64,000 bases of DNA from Paraspadella gotoi (Eukaryota > Animalia > Chaetognatha). Shown here one piece after another: positions 25,483-40,934 of the stretch (the first letter of the stretch is position 1; every line of letters starts with the position of its first letter). Location of the stretch: contig CM119270.1 in NCBI GenBank assembly GCA_051294375.1, positions 6,408,391 through 6,472,390 of the forward strand, given 5' to 3'. Below the pieces are notes generated by a model that saw only the letters and a list, made by a program, of their open reading frames with translations, was not told the origin of the DNA and made no database searches. Both the position numbers and the translations under genes were made by a program.

Positions 25483-26031
25483 TCACGACTCCTCTTCTCC
25501 CAGGCTCTTCCCGTCTCGTCTCCTCGACTCTTCGCTCTCGAATCCGGAGTAGAAATGTCCTCGAATCCCGTCCCGGACTTGAGCGGGGACTGGAAGGAAG
25601 GACGTGCGGGGGTGTTGAGGGGGTCAGGGTTCGATCGAATGTAGCGAAGATTACGAAATGTATCGAATATTCAACGGGAAATATTCGTAAGTTTTGGATT
25701 TTGGATCTAGAAGGGTTATACATTGAGGAGCCAAAAGTTTCATTCAAAGCCATTTTGGCTTTTACTTTTCCTCTCTCTCTCTCTTTTCTCCCTTATATTC
25801 CTCTCTTTCCGTTCATCCTCCCTCCCCTTCCCCAACCCCCCACTCCGCATCCTCAACTGGCCGGACGGCGGAAGCTTCTTCCCTTCAAATTGGCGGTTGT
25901 AGCCGATGTGAGTGCATTCGAGACACTTGATTACTCCCGTCTCGTCATCTCGTAGTGACCCGCGTCCGCGGGGCAACTCTTGGCTTTGCAGTTGACAGTG
26001 CTGAGTGGGGTGGGAGGGGAGAAGAGCAGAA

Positions 26032-26063
<32 letters not shown>

Positions 26064-26190
26064 AGAGAGAGAGAGAGGAGAAGGAGAGAGAGAAAGAGAG
26101 AGAGGAGAAGAGGAGGGGAGAAGGAGTTGAAGGAGTTAAGGGGGAAGAGAGAGAGAGAGAGAGAAGAGAGAGAGGAGAGAGACGAGAGAG

Positions 26191-26222
<32 letters not shown>

Positions 26223-29077
26223 TGAGGGAGGGGGAGAAGGGAGAAGCGAGTTAAGGGGGAAGAGAGAGAGAGAGAGAGAGAGGAGAGGAAAAGAGAGAGG
26301 AGGGAGGATATTATTGTGATGGAGGAGTGGTAGTGGAGTGGTTGATGACAGATAGAGATCGGAAATAGTCCGCCAGATCGGACAACCGACCAAATGAGCA
26401 AATCTTTCATAATATTTTCTAGTAAATCGACGTAAATAATGCATGATAAGATTGGTTAAAAGATCAATAGATAATTTTAGCTCAGAGAGATTGAGAGAAA
26501 GAAGGAAAATTTAGCAAACCAAGACGCAACACGACACGCGACGACGACGACGACACGACGACGCGACGACGACGAGACGACGACGACGACGACGACGACA
26601 CACGGCAGAGCGTCAACGTCTCGTAAAGGACGTAGACAATGATCAAGCAAGAGTACAACGACGACGACAGTACAAAAAAACATAACAAAGATGACATCGA
26701 CGCTAACGACAACGACTTCCTCCACCTTAGGACGCAAGTCTGACGCAAAGTTTCTGCTTCTCTCATCATGACGGGGCTTGTCGGCGCGGGCGGGATTGAT
26801 GAGCGGACGTTTCGCAGGGGCGCAAGCGGAAGCAGCCGAGTGATCACATTTGCGCTTTGAAGGAAAAACTCTGGCAAGAGACAGAAGATGGGAATGAATT
26901 AAAATGATTGACTTTGTTTGTTTTTATTTTGTTGCTGTTTTTGTTTTTTGTTGTTTTCTATTGTGTTCATGTTACTCGTCTCTGTCTTTGTTAATCTGTT
27001 GTTGTGCTCTTCGTCGATCCATTATGTAAGTCCGTTGTTATCGTCGTCGTCTTGGTAATTCAGCGGGATTGTCCGTCTCGTTGTTTATGTTATGTGTGTT
27101 TTTTTTTCTCTTTGAAATAGGACACCCTAATCCAATTATCAATCACCTGAGTCCTTTAGAATAAGACCCCGCACTGCGTGCACTTGGTGGGAAGAGCTTT
27201 CGTGATGCAAATGGCGCGAGTAAGATTTCCCCTAGATGGATGAGAGGATCTTTTTGTGTCCTTTGTGTGATGCCCGCAAAGTCGTGCAGCGGAGGCAATC
27301 TCGATGATATTTCCTCAAAATTTAATTAATTTGACTGATTTAATTGAATCGGATTTAATTTATTGATTTATAGAACGATTGAACTGACGATGCTCGACAA
27401 CGCCTGCCACCTTGTCCTCGCACTTGACGCGATTGAAACGAATCGGCTTGACGCACGTGTGCACCACGAGGGCGTTGGAGCTTCCAGTTGCATTGAGGAA
27501 ACACGATGTCGTTGATTGTAGCGGAAACACGTTTTTTGTTTTCTCTGCGACACACATAGAATTAATGGAGTCGGAAAAAAATGCTGTGGTTGCATGTATA
27601 ATTTTGTTAGTTCGTATAGCGAAAAGTTACCCATCGCCTTCAGCCTGACTTTTTTTAAGTCTTCCACAACTGGCGAGGGGAAAAAGAAGTTAGGTAACTA
27701 AGGGCAGACTTTTTCCAAAATCTTGTTTCCCAGAAGTCACGGATCTCCCACAATATTTTTAACAGGTAATCCGAACACATTCTTTGCCATCACCCTTAAA
27801 GATTTTTCCAAACCAATCAACGGCCTTCGACACCTCCCCCACAAATCAACGCATACTTTGATCATGACTTCGACGAAAGTATGCCTCCGGCTCGCGCACA
27901 ATTGACAACGAAGCAGCGACGATGATTAATGAAGATCGTCCGAAGACCGAGTAGCGAAACGGGAGTCGCTTTGGGCCAAACGTAAATTTGTCGGAACGAT
28001 GATGTCTCTTTGCATCTGATTGATTGTTTATTTAATTGCTTGATTGATTGATTTATAAATAGGAGTATTGACTAAAAATATTCATAGATTTCAACATTTT
28101 TATTATTCCTAGACTTATTGTAAATTGTTTCGATTTGATTAAATGAAAGAAAAGACTCTATGAGCGACTAGCTTGATGGCACTTTATGTCGGATTTTTAG
28201 CCGCGGGAGCTTCGTCGGAAAGGCGGGGGTCGAGGGCGGCCAGGGACAGTCCCAAGTGCACGTGGCGACACCGATCCTCGGGTTTTGGTTGAAGGAGAAT
28301 CAAATTGAAACTTATCTATTAAAATTCTATGAAATTATATATAGGCAATATAATAAAATTCAGGTATTTAGAAAGCTAATTCTAATCACTACCTCAGAAG
28401 TTGATGAGCACGTCTCTTTTTGTGCCGCATTACTAATACTACCAGGAGATCCACCCGAAACAGACAAAATAAATTGCACAGCTCTTTACTAACTTCGAAT
28501 ACAAATTCATTGATTAGGCGCATACAATCATAAATCATAGTGCTTTTATGTGTAGCATAATCTCAGGCTAAACATAAATGTCACCCAGTATCCACATTAG
28601 TTAAGCTAAGGCTCAGGATGCTTTTTCAAGTAAGCGTAGTTAGCATAGCAGGGCATTTTGTTTTAAAAAGTTGTTGAAAAGTTACGGCCACGTTAATTGT
28701 GGGTGTAATAAAACTAAACCGGTTTTCTGTATAATTTAAAATCCTTTTCATAAAAAAATCCGAATAAAAATACAGATGCACAAACTTTTTCTTTCGTGTG
28801 TCAGTTTCCGGGCTCTCCTGCTACAAAAAGATTTTTTGGACCCATTTACTCACCGAATCACTACGAAATGAAAAACCACCGACCTTATAACTACAATATC
28901 CTTTCAAACCGACCCCATAGTTTTCTTATCCCGTCCCATCTCCAAACTGACCTGATCGTGCAGAGTTTCAAAGTCGATAAACTTGGTAAACGATGGGCAT
29001 GAAATAAGGTTATCTCCCTCTCACGAAGAATGTCCTCCGCTTTCGCGCCTCCTCTCCATGTCGAAATCGTCCCACAT
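25483..29077 (-). CDS. Multi-LIM-domain protein, copy A (frameshifted by noise)
   Basis: Duplicate of 37488-40934. Confidence 0.7.
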
Positions 29078-29815
29078 CTTGGATCTTGAAAATCTCATCC
29101 TCGTCCGCAGATTAGTTTGTTTATGTTTTTTGTTTTGTTTTTTTTTTTCTATTCTTATTTTTTTAGTTTCTTATTCGCCGAATTTCTCGTTGATGATAAT
29201 ACTTGACAACTTCTTGGTTCGAAAAAACTACCTGTCTTGCGTGATTCATGTTATTCTTACTTCAATCTCAAATATAAAAAAAAAATATTAAGTTAATGAA
29301 GTTTTAACAACCACAAATTCCGCGTTTATGTTTCTTAGATCAACGGCTGCCAAATGTTTATTCTTCTCTAACTAATGATTTCTATTGATTCAGTTTTTAT
29401 TGCAATAAAATATTGAGCGTGATAAACGCTTTTTCCGGGGCGTGTAATATTAATGCCGCTACCAAAAGACGCCTATCTCAATCCAATGTTTTCATGAACA
29501 AATTCAATAGGACTGATTTAGTTGAGCAATCAGAGATCCTAACGCAAAACATCTCGTCCTTATCTGTTGGATATAAATAATTTACGTTCAATGAAATTTA
29601 TAAAAAAAAAAAATCTTAGTTTAATCTGAGTGCATTTTTTTTACGAAGTGATGTTTATAAACACATCTAGACATGGATTAATGTACCAAAAAGGATTAAT
29701 AATACAGGATGGCTTTTACAAAAATATATTTGTAATTTTTACATTTGGATTCTTGAAAACAGAGATTCAAATTTCTATTATAGTTAATATTACGTATTAC
29801 AAAAAAAAGCCAATT

Positions 29816-32038
29816 TTACAAATTGAAATTCTTGATTGATTGAGGAAGACAGCGACGCGACGAAAACGACGATAAAATCGAGGAAGTTTTTGAGGGCGAC
29901 GTTTTGTGACCCGTTGTTCGAAAACGGGAACGTTTCTAACTGAATTTAAATCGTAATTAAGTTGAGTATATTATATATATATAACTAGATCCGCTTGATA
30001 TCATTTTCCTTCATTCTTGGTGGATTGGCGAGGATGAAGGGAAGGTATATAACTAGAGATAGATAGAATAGATAGATAGATAGCAGATAGATAGATTAGA
30101 TAGATAGATGTTCGTTTGATCGAATTGATTGATTTCTCACCTCGTGCACAACTCGTTTCTTTCGTCAGAGTTGTTCGCCGCAGTCGTTGACTCCGTTGCA
30201 CAACTGATCCGTTCGAAGGCATCTGGAAGTCAGACAAAATTTGTAATAGTTTGTATGCACGCTTATGGTTTAGAAGATTATAAGTTAAGTGATCATTAGT
30301 TTGTTCAATTGTATTTCCAATTATACAAACGGGATTATTTCAATGCGGATGTAAACGATAAGCATAATTACTGGTCATCATTATTATTCAAATTAGTTTA
30401 TCTCTCTTTCTTCATCTCTCATCTTATTAACCCTGTTCAATTCCCTAAATTATCATTATCATAATATCATTCCATAAATTAGCTATGTATGTATAGTCTT
30501 GTCTTCCGCTATTTATCAGTCCATTTTCGTCTATAGAAATTTTTTGGTGGCTGGACCCCTCGACCTACTTGAATTTATTCTGCACTGAAAGAGCAGAGCA
30601 GGCAGCGCTGCTCCTGCTGCGGAAATTAGGTCGTCCACTTTGGTGCAGAGCCGCATTCCGCAGGATCCACGCCAGCATTTTCGTCGGGGGCGCAGTCGGT
30701 CGGTATGGAGCACGTGACGCCGCAAAAGACGTCGTGTGTACTGGAGGAGGAGGGCAGGAGGAGGAGGAGGAGGAGATGAAGGAGGAGGAGGAGGAGGGGG
30801 GAGAGAGAGAAGGAAAGGGAAAAAGAGGGAAGGGTTAAAATGAAGAAGAGAAATCAGAGGAAGGGAAAAAAAGGATGTGAATTGTAGAAAAATACAGCCA
30901 ATACAGCAACAAACACACAATACCATCGAGAAAAAAGTAAACCAAAAAAGATTGAATGAATTATTGAATTATCAAAATGTTTGATATATTGTGAAAATGC
31001 TTTATTAAATTTTACGCCAAGCAATGAATGAAAGAAAACAATAACTCCTCGAGACTTTACTGTTGTTTATATTTTGTTCTTCCGTCTCAGATAAATTTCC
31101 GCCATCTTTTTACGTCGGGATTCATCAAAGCTTCGATCTCCCCCAGAGATGTAATCATTTTTATACTTTTTTATATTCTATCTTTATCTCTTTCTCCCTC
31201 ACTTTTTTGATTCTATCTTTTTTATTTTTTACTTTTTTCTTTTACTTTTTTTTACCCATTTCTCATATTCTTCTCATATACATCGCCTCTTCCTTTCATC
31301 TTCGCTCATGGACTTTATTTTATTTCGGATTTTCTCTTCTTCGTCTTTACTTTGTCTTTCTTTTCTTTTCTTTTCCTTTTCCTTATTCTTTTCTTTTTAT
31401 GCTCATCCTCGTGTTATGTATCCCCAACTCCTACGGGGCCCTTTCGTTCCACGACGATTTAAGCCTGACCGGAATTTCCAAAAATGGAGACCCGGGTTGA
31501 GAGAATTAAAAGAAGGGCAAGCTGCTTGAGGCGAAATCGGGGCTACACAATAATAAACCTGCACCGGCGTTACAATTAATATCTACATCGTTCAACGAAT
31601 AAAAGTACTTAATATAGTTAATGGAGAAAGTCTGTGCTCTCGCCACTAGCGTCAGTTGTTATTGTTGAAATGTTTCCTACGAATATCGATCTAGAAAGAA
31701 AAATATGGAGACGGAACGAACTTTTATGAAGCGATCAAAAAAAGTCTCGTGAGATTTTGGGAAAAAGCTGCTTTCGCTTGCTTATATTGTCCTTTGTTTG
31801 GTTGTTTTTTTAAAAGTTTTTGCGCAGGTTACCAAAGTAATAGACATTGCATTGCTCTCATTTTTTTAATTGGAATTCTAACGATAACAACTTAGAACAG
31901 TACGATTTTTCAGATGATTCATATAATTCAAAAGTCTGAACAAAATATTAATTATGTCACGAATTTATTCGACTAATTGCTTTAGAAATCAATTGAGTGG
32001 GAGAGCAGAACAAACGAGAGAGAGGAAAGAGAGAGACG

Positions 32039-32103
<65 letters not shown>

Positions 32104-33150
32104 AGGGTGATAATGAATGTTAGATATGTCGTAATCGAGCGCAACCTTTGACTTCTGGTTCGCTACTTTTCCCTTTCGATCGCTTCGAACACGCATTTCG
32201 GAAAAAAGTCACACATGGATTTCATTCAATATTATATACAAGAATTGATGACAAATTGACAATAGTGGGATCATGGGCAGAACTTTAACTTTAACAATTA
32301 AACCACCAGTATGGAACGAGAACCCAAAGCTCAAAGCTCAAATCATAAATCCGAAATCCCGAATTCGTAAATCCCCAAATCCCCAAATCCCCAAATCTCC
32401 AAAATCCCAAATCCCTCTCAACCATGATGTTCTTGAGATACTGGAAGTCGTCATCCTCCTCAGCCGACATTCCGCCTCCGTCGGCGTCTTACAACCAACG
32501 GGTCCTTTGGCACCTCGTTGCAGAATCCAACGTTCTAGGGCAGATGCCTCGTTGAATGCCCCACTTGACGAGATCGTAATCCTTTGGAGATTTATGTTGG
32601 ATATGATAAATTATGCAGTTTAAAGCGAAATATCCTAGATGACTGGCTATACTAATGGTGGACCTTTTGGCGTGTCTAATGCACTATTACTGAAACAGCC
32701 TTTTCTGAATATAGAGGAAATAACGTCACTGCAGACACTTTTCGGTTTAAAAACAATGTGAAGTTGTGTATGAGAAATGAGTATTTGCCTACAAACTTAT
32801 GAACCATAACCCTTTTACGTAATTATTTTGAAATTGGTACAACCAAAAAAAAAAATTATCCATTCTTCAATTAATAGCTATCTTCGCTCCTGACTTTGGA
32901 CAGGCCTTGTGATTTAAGGCCTCCATCATCTAACAAGTTGATAGCAGCTTTCAATCTCTCTATCTTTCAATCTCTTTCAAGCAAATTATAAATTCATCGA
33001 TGCCTTAATAAAAACTTTTCTTTCTTAAATTCCCTGATAAATCGCGAAACTTCCAGGTTTCGAAAGCGTATTTTTCGTTTTCTGTCTCCTTCTGTCCTGA
33101 CGTCAACCCAACAGAAACGAAGCAAGGAAAACACGAGATCGTCAAACCAT
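29816..33150 (-). CDS. WAP-like + LDLa protein, copy A (frameshifted by noise)
   Basis: Duplicate of 41668-45016. Confidence 0.7.
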
Positions 33151-35523
33151 CACCTATCTTTGTTTTTTTTGTTCACGAAAAAGTTTTTTGTTTTTGTTTT
33201 TGTTTTAGCTTTTTTTGTTTTGTTTCTTTGTGCGACTGGAATCGCCGTCTGAGCGAAAGCTTTCTTCTTAGGACTGACCTCTGACGACTTTTAAATAAAG
33301 CGTGACATGCACGAATTAAAAACAATTTCGACAATGATTCGTTTGTTATATTTTTTCTGTACTTACTTATACTTTTCCTTGGTTGGTTACAGACGATGTA
33401 AGTTACTCTTTTAGTTTATTTTTAGTTTCGAAATGAGTCAAGTTCCAAAGAAGAGGTAAGTCGTTGAAACAGGGTTCTCGGAATCAGGGCTAGTTGCAAG
33501 AGTGAAGAGAGGAAATAGTATTGAGATTGACAGAGAGAAGGAAGAGGAATTTTTCGGAAGAGGAATTTTTGGAAGAGGAATTAAAGATGAGTAAGTTAAA
33601 TTTTTTTGAAAAATTATTTAGCTTTTTTTTGTTTTCCTTTCAATAATAAAAGAATTAAAACGAATTTCAATGCGGCTGTAAGAATCCTTACTATAATTAT
33701 ATTAAGAATTCTGGAAATTGTATTAATAAATACAATTAAATAGTACAATACGAATACGGAATTTTCATGCAATCTCACAGACTATAAAGACAATTAGTTG
33801 TGCTGGAGCCAGAAAGTGTGGTTCAGCAATTGCAAAAAAGGAATGAAGTGCAGAAAAAGAAAAAAGAAAAGAAAGAAGAATCTCTTCTCGTCCCCGCTCT
33901 CTCTCTCTCTAATTTTTTTTCTTAAATTCGTTAAGATTTGGTCCTTAGGATTTTGGTTGTCGTCGTCGTCGTCGTCGTTGTGTTTTGCTCGTCATAGTCG
34001 AATATTCATGAGTCACACTTCCGGTTGAGAGAAAAAGAGAGATAGAGAGCGAGACGCAGAGAGAGTTAGATAAAAGAGACGAAAAGAAGAATCTCCCCCC
34101 CCCCAAAAAAAAACAGCGAAAAATTTCGTTCCCCAGAATTTGAACCGACTTCATTCATCCATCCGACCTCACCATTTACTTGTTTCTTTCATCCGAACTT
34201 ACCTTTTTTTCCCCAATCACCACTTTAACATCCTCTCCACCTAAAATCCGCTTCACACTTTACCTTCCACTCCCTCCTCATCAAATCCTTTTCGGGGCTG
34301 CCACTCCGACCTCCGCCCTTTCACCAATCTACGAACATCCTCATATTCGCGCTTTAGCATTGACACCCGGAATCCACCTACCGGTCCTACCTCCACTTTG
34401 CAGGCATTTGCGTCAATTTCACCAGTCCTCACCTCTCCGCCCACCCCACCTTTTCCAGCGGCATGCAGCATACCTTTTTCCTTTCTCCCTTCACGCTATT
34501 CCCCAACCCAGTGCCTTGGCATCCCCTTAAGGCGGTTCCAACCCATTTTCTGGGGGGGCCGGCGCCCCATCCCACCTTTTCCCGCGGCGCCCCCGCCAAC
34601 ATTTCTGCGACGCTCACCCCACCTTTTTCCAGTGGCGCCCACGCCATTTTCCGGTGAGCGCCGATTCCACAGCGAATTCCAGGACTCGCTAATGATTAAA
34701 ACGATCTTGGTTTTTTTTTTACTTTTTTTTTTTTTTGCCGTCAGAAGTGAAGTTGAGAGAAAAAGAAAGCGGAAAACAGTTTTTCGTTGGACGACGGAAT
34801 GAGAGAAGGGGGTTGAGTTGGTGGAGGAAGGGAGGAAGGGGGGAAGGTGGGGGAAAGGGGGACGAGGGTAGAGAGCATGGTGGAGGGGGAAAATGGGAAG
34901 GAAAAGTTAAGAAGGAAACTGAAAGAGAAATGGTTGAATGAGATTAGGAACAAGGATGGAGATTAGAAGATTAAGAAATTGGTTGTCGTTGTGATTTGGA
35001 AGATTAGAGAAAAACTAAAACCAGATTATTAAGTGAAAATACATCGACACAGATGCGACAAAATACTATTGTGTCAATATTGATAAAAAATATTTTTTAT
35101 TTTTCATAAAGAAACGAAAAGAAAAAAAATTAATAAAACGAAACAAACTGTAAAGAACAAAATTCTCAAAATGAACTAAATGATAATAAATGAAACTTAT
35201 TTCCACGAAACCACGAAATTGCGATGAGAGAAGAGGAAAAAGAGTTTTGGTTTCAAACTCGATAATCTCAAATTTCAGGGTCGATCAATTTTGTTTTTTT
35301 CGGGTGGAGTTTTTTTCATATTCTTACTTCTTTCCTTGTTTTTTTTTTTTTTTAGTTCTTTCTTCTTTTCCCGTTTTTTCTTTCTTACTTTTATTTTCAA
35401 ATTCTCCCTTTTTTTTTCTTAGTTTCTTGTGTTTTTTTTTGGCTGCAATTGTGATTGAAATTTGTTTGTGAAGAAAAAGTGGAAAATAACAAGTTTCTCC
35501 CTCTCTCTCTCTCTCTCTCTTCT

Positions 35524-35579
<56 letters not shown>

Positions 35580-37487
35580 TCTCTTTCTCTTTCTCTCTCT
35601 CTCTTTGTGTTCTAGGTGCTATTTATCTTACCTTATGCCGCCATTTTAATCGATGTCTTTTTAATTTCATTTTCTCTCTTAAAATCTCGTTTATTTCCGA
35701 GACGAGATGACAGCAATGATGCCGAGAAAGAGAGAGAGAGAGAGAGAGAGTGAGAGAGTTTTTCACCTTGTAAACCAAGGTTAAAGTTTCTTGTGACATT
35801 CCACCATCAACTCATATCGTTAAAAAAATCTATCATTCAAGTTTACACACTTTTTTTACTTTAGATAATGGGATATTTTACAAGCTATAATAATATAATA
35901 ATTTTTTTTTCTCCTTTCATTTCTCAAGCAAATATTACATATTTTGTTTTTCGTTTTAAAACCAAATCGCCAGATGTCCGGTTTTTCGGAGTAAGCAATA
36001 AACAAAAGATTCAACTTTTTCCGTTTTAACATTTAATTTTCATATTAAAATTTAAAAACTTGATTTTGATAACACATTATATATTTACGATGCTCCAGTT
36101 TTTTAACCATTTTTTTTGCACAAATTAACAATATACGTGGGCGATGAATTGATTTGATTTAATAAAACATTAAAGTTTAATATTGAGGGCGAATACCTCG
36201 CGAAAATGTTGTACACAATTCTAACTTTAGGAGTCAATATCGCGGTTTCGACCTTCGAGTTTCCTTTTAAAAAATTTACAAATAAAAAAAAAATTTAAAC
36301 GGTATATTTCGTATCAGTATTAAACAACAGTTCATTAAAAAAAAACTTATGCCTTTAATCAAATATATTAATTGTCATTTTGAAGTGTTAATCATAGCTA
36401 TTTCTTTCTTTCTTTCGACACTCATTTTCTTAAACCCTCTTTCCTTTAATCAAGTCTAAATTGATATTTATTCTCGAGTCGTTTTATCCGCTAGTTTATC
36501 TCAACTTCTCCCCCGCTTCATCCTTATCATCGCCACCTCCTCTTCCTCTTCCTCCTCCACCTCCTCATCTTTCCTCCAACACCTCCTCCACGTGCGCCGG
36601 CACCACCTCCACTCCGTCGTCCGTGTGAAACATGTAAATCGTGAATAATTCCTCTGTGACTTTGAGGTCGTTCGACATCTTCTTCGGAGGCTGTCGAATC
36701 AGGGATGAAATCATTATGAACTTTGTACTCGTACCAAGATAAAAGTTTTCCATTTATTCTATGGATAGGCGGCCTTACCCCTGACTATGGACAGGCTATG
36801 GTCGCTTCAGGCCTTCATCATTCTTACAACCTGGATTATATTAACTTAATATTTCCCAAAATGATGAATACTTAAAAAAGGAATTAATCAGTTGAAACAA
36901 TCAAAATAATAAAACTTCATCAATGAAAGCAACCATATGAACAATTAAACCCAAACCAAAAAAAATTTATACTGCGGTGACTCAAAACGAGAATTTGGAG
37001 AAAAATTCGAGGCGTGTTTTTCGTAATGAAGAAAAAACGTATATTATCAAAAACAGAGTAAAAAGCCAAAAAGATAAAAATAATAACAATAACAACTCGT
37101 ATTTACATTGGCTGAGAAAAAAGGTCAGCCATAACAAGATCAGGTAAAACAGGTCATTCTTATTGACCACTACGGTACTACGGGTCACAAAGTACAAAGA
37201 CTTCATCGTCGTCTTCGTCGTTGTATTCGTCGTCGTTTTCGTCGTCGTCGTCGTCTTTGTTCAAATCATTTGAGCTCCCAAAATACAAAACAAAATTTAA
37301 TTTTTTCAAGTAAATTACCAATGCTTCCGGCTTTTTCTGAGGACCCCAAGTTGAAAAAGTCTTCTTCTTCTTCCTCTTGATGACTGGAGAGGATAACAGA
37401 GGATAACAGTTACGGAACTAGTAGTAGTTGTATCAACAAAATAAATAATTATAAAAAACAAAAACAAAACAAAAAGGAAACAAGGAC

Positions 37488-38419
37488 TCACGACTCCTCT
37501 TCCTCCCCGAGGCCTCTTCCGTCTCGTCTCCTCCAGACTCTTCGCTCTCCGAATCCGGGTAAGAAATGTCCTCGATCCCCGTCCCGACTTGAGCGGGGAC
37601 TGGAAGGGAAGGACGTGCGGGGGTGTTGAGGGGGTCAAGGGTTCGATCGAATGTAGCGAAGATTTACGAAATGTATCGAATATTCACGGGAAATATTCGT
37701 AAGTTTTGGATTTGGATCTAGAAGGGTTATACATTGAGGAGCAAAAGTTTCATCAAAGCCAATTTTGCTTTTACTTTTCCCTCTCTCTCTCTTTTCTCCC
37801 TTTATTCCTCTCTTTCCGTTCATCCTCGCCTCCCCTTTCCCCACCCCCCCCACTCCGCATCCTCACTGGCCGGCGGCGGAAGCTTCTTCCCCTTCAAATT
37901 GCGGTTGTAGCCGATGTGAGTGCATTCGAGACACTTGATTACTCCCGTCTCGGTCCATCTCGTAGTGACCCGGTCCGCGGGGCAACTCTTGGTTGCAGTT
38001 GGAACAGTGCTGAGTGGGGTGGGAGGGAGAGAAGAGAGAAAGAGAGAGAGAGAGAGAGAGAAGAGAGAAGAGAGAGAGAGAGAGAGAGAGAAAGAGGAGA
38101 GAGAGAGAGAGAGAGAGAGCGAGGAGGAGGTGGGCGAGAGAAGAGTTGAAGGATGTTAGGGGGAAGAGAGAGAGAGAGAGAGAGGGAAAGAGAGAGGAGG
38201 GAGGGGATATTATGTGATGGAGGAGTGGTAGTGGGAGTGTTGATTGACAGATAGAGATCGGAAATATATCCCCAGATCGACAACCGACCAAATGAGCAAA
38301 TCTTTCATAATATTTTCTAGTAAGATCGACGTAAATATGCATGATAAGATTGGTAAAAGATCAATAGATAATTTTTAGCTCGAGAGAATTGAGAGAAAGA
38401 AAGGAAATTAGCAAAAACC

Positions 38420-38504
<85 letters not shown>

Positions 38505-40934
38505 CAGAAGCGTCAAACGTCTACGTAAAGGACGTAGACAATGATCAAGCAAAGAGTACAACGACGACGACAAGTACAAAAAACTAAACAAAGATGACAT
38601 CGACGACTAAAACGACAACGACTTCCTCCAACCTTAGGAACGCAGTCGACGCAAAGTTTCGTGCTTCCTCTCATCATGACGGGCTTGTCGGCGCCGGCGG
38701 GATTGATGAGCGGGACGTCGCAGAGGGCGCAGCGGAAGCAGCCGAAGTGATACATTTGGCCTTTGAAGGAAAAACTCTGGCGCAAGAGACAGAAGAGGGA
38801 ATGAATTAAAATATTGACTTTGTTTGTTTTTTATTTGTTGCTGTTTTTGTTTTTTGTTGTTTTTATTTGTTCATGTTTACTCGTCTCTCGTCTTCTTAAT
38901 GCTGTTGTTGTCGTCTTCGTCGTCCATATTGTAGTCGTTGTTATCGTCGTCGTCTTGGTATTCAGCGGGATTGTCGTCGTTGTTATCGTTATTGTGTTTT
39001 TTTTCTCTTTGAAATAGGAACCCTAATCCCAATTATCAATCACCTGAAGTCCTTTAGGAATAAGCACCCCGCACTGCGTGCACTTGGTGGCGAAGAGCTT
39101 CGTGATGCAAATGGCGCAGTAAGGTTTCCCCAGATGATGAGAGGATCTTTTGTGTCCGTTGATGTTGATGCCGCAAGTCGTGCAGCGGAGGCAATCTCGA
39201 TGATATTCCTGAAATTTAATTAATTCGACTGATTTAATTGATTCGATTAATTTGATTGATTTATCAGAATGATTGAATGACATGCTCGAACGCCTCCACC
39301 TTGTCCTCGCACTTGACGCGATTGAAACGAATCGGTTGAGCGCACGTGTTGCACCAGAGGGCGTGGAGCTTCCAGTTGCATTGAGGACAAACGATGTCGT
39401 TGTTGTAGCGGAAAACGTTTTTGTTTTCCTGCGAAACATAAATTATGGAGTCGGAAAAAAATGCTGTAGAGTGCAGTATAATTTTGTAGTTCGTTATAGC
39501 GAAAAGTTCACCACGCCTATCAGCCTGACTTTTTTTAAGTCTTTCCACAACTGGCGAGGGGAAAAAGAAGTTAGGGTAACTAAGCGACTTTTCCAAAATC
39601 TTTTTCCCAGAAGTCAACGGATCTCCCACAATATTTTTAACGGGTAATCCGAACAATTCTTTGCCATCAACCCTTAAAGATTTTTCAACCAATCAACGGC
39701 CTTCGACCACCTCCTCCACCAATCAACGCACTTTGATCATGACTTCGACGAAGATGCTCCGGTCGCACAATTGACAACGGAAGCAGCGACGATGATAATG
39801 AAGATCTCCGAAGACCGAGTAGCGAAACGGAGTCGCTTTGGGCCAAACGTATTTGGTCGGAACGATGATGGTCTCTTTGCATCTGATTGATTGATTTCAT
39901 TTATTGCTTGATTGATTGATTTATAAATAGAGTATTTGACTAAAATATTCATAGATTCAACAATTTTTATTATTCTAACTTATTGTTAAATTGTTTCGAT
40001 TTGATAAATGAAAGAAAAAAATGAGCGACTAGCCTTGTGCACTTATTCGGATTTTTAGGCCGCGGGAGCTTCGTCGGAATAGGCGGGGGTCGAGGGCGGC
40101 AGGGACAGTCCCAAGTGCACTGGCGACACCGATCCTCGGGTTTCTGGTTGAAGGAGAATCAAATGAAACGTAATCTATAAAATTTATGTATAATTATAAT
40201 ATAGGCAATATAATAAAATTCAGGTATTTAGAAAGTCTAATTCTAATTCACTACCCTCAGAAGTTGATGAGCACGTCTCTTTTTCTGCGATTACTTAATA
40301 CTACCAGGAGATCCACCGAAACAGACAAAATAAATTGCACAGCTCTGTTACTACTTCGAATACAAATTTCATTGATAGCGCAATACAATCATAAATCATA
40401 GTGCTTTTTATGTGTAGCATAATCTCATGGCTAACATAAATTGTCTACCCAGTATCCACATTAGTAAGCCTAAGCTCAGGATGCTTTTTCAAGTAAGCGT
40501 AGTTAGCATAGTCAGGCATTTTGTTTTAAAAAGTTTTGAAAAGTTACGGCCACGTAATTGTGGGTGCTAATAAAACTAACCGGTTTTTGTATAATTTAAA
40601 ATCCTTTTCATAAAAAAATCGAATAAAAAGTACAGATGCTACAACTTTTTCTTTGGTGTCAGTTTCCGGGGCTCTCCTGCTACAAAAAGATTTTTTGACC
40701 CAATTTACCTCACCGAATCACTACGAAATGAAAACCACCGACCTTATAACTACAATACTCCTTTCAACCGACCCCATAGTTTTCTTATCCCCGTCCCATC
40801 TCCAAACTGACCTGATCCGTGCAGAGTTCAAAGTCCGAAAACTTGTAAACGATGGGCATGTAAATAAGGATCTCCTCCTCGAGAATGTCCTCCGCTTTCG
40901 GCGCCTCCTCCTCCATGTCGAAATCGTCCCCCAT
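37488..40934 (-). CDS. LIM-domain protein (three LIM domains plus an extra CxxC..CxxC half module; ~8 exons)
   Basis: MGDDFDMEEE.. start; CTR|CKET..HYHRRCFRCQLC..CPQC; CNTC..YHRDCLRCTTC..PYCAIC; CTQC..YHFGCFRCALC..LCVDC; CSNC..CLEC; acidic tail. Confidence 0.85.
38420..38502. repeat. (GAC)n microsatellite
   Basis: Perfect trinucleotide run. Confidence 0.95.

Larger units (their letters stand above)
21790..33880. repeat. Tandem duplication 2, copy A (~12 kb)
   Basis: Colinear with ~33881-45710 throughout. Confidence 0.95.

Noticed and set aside
25931-26444. ERERER / SLSLSL ORFs here and elsewhere
   Set aside because: Translations of (GA)n/(CT)n microsatellites in introns
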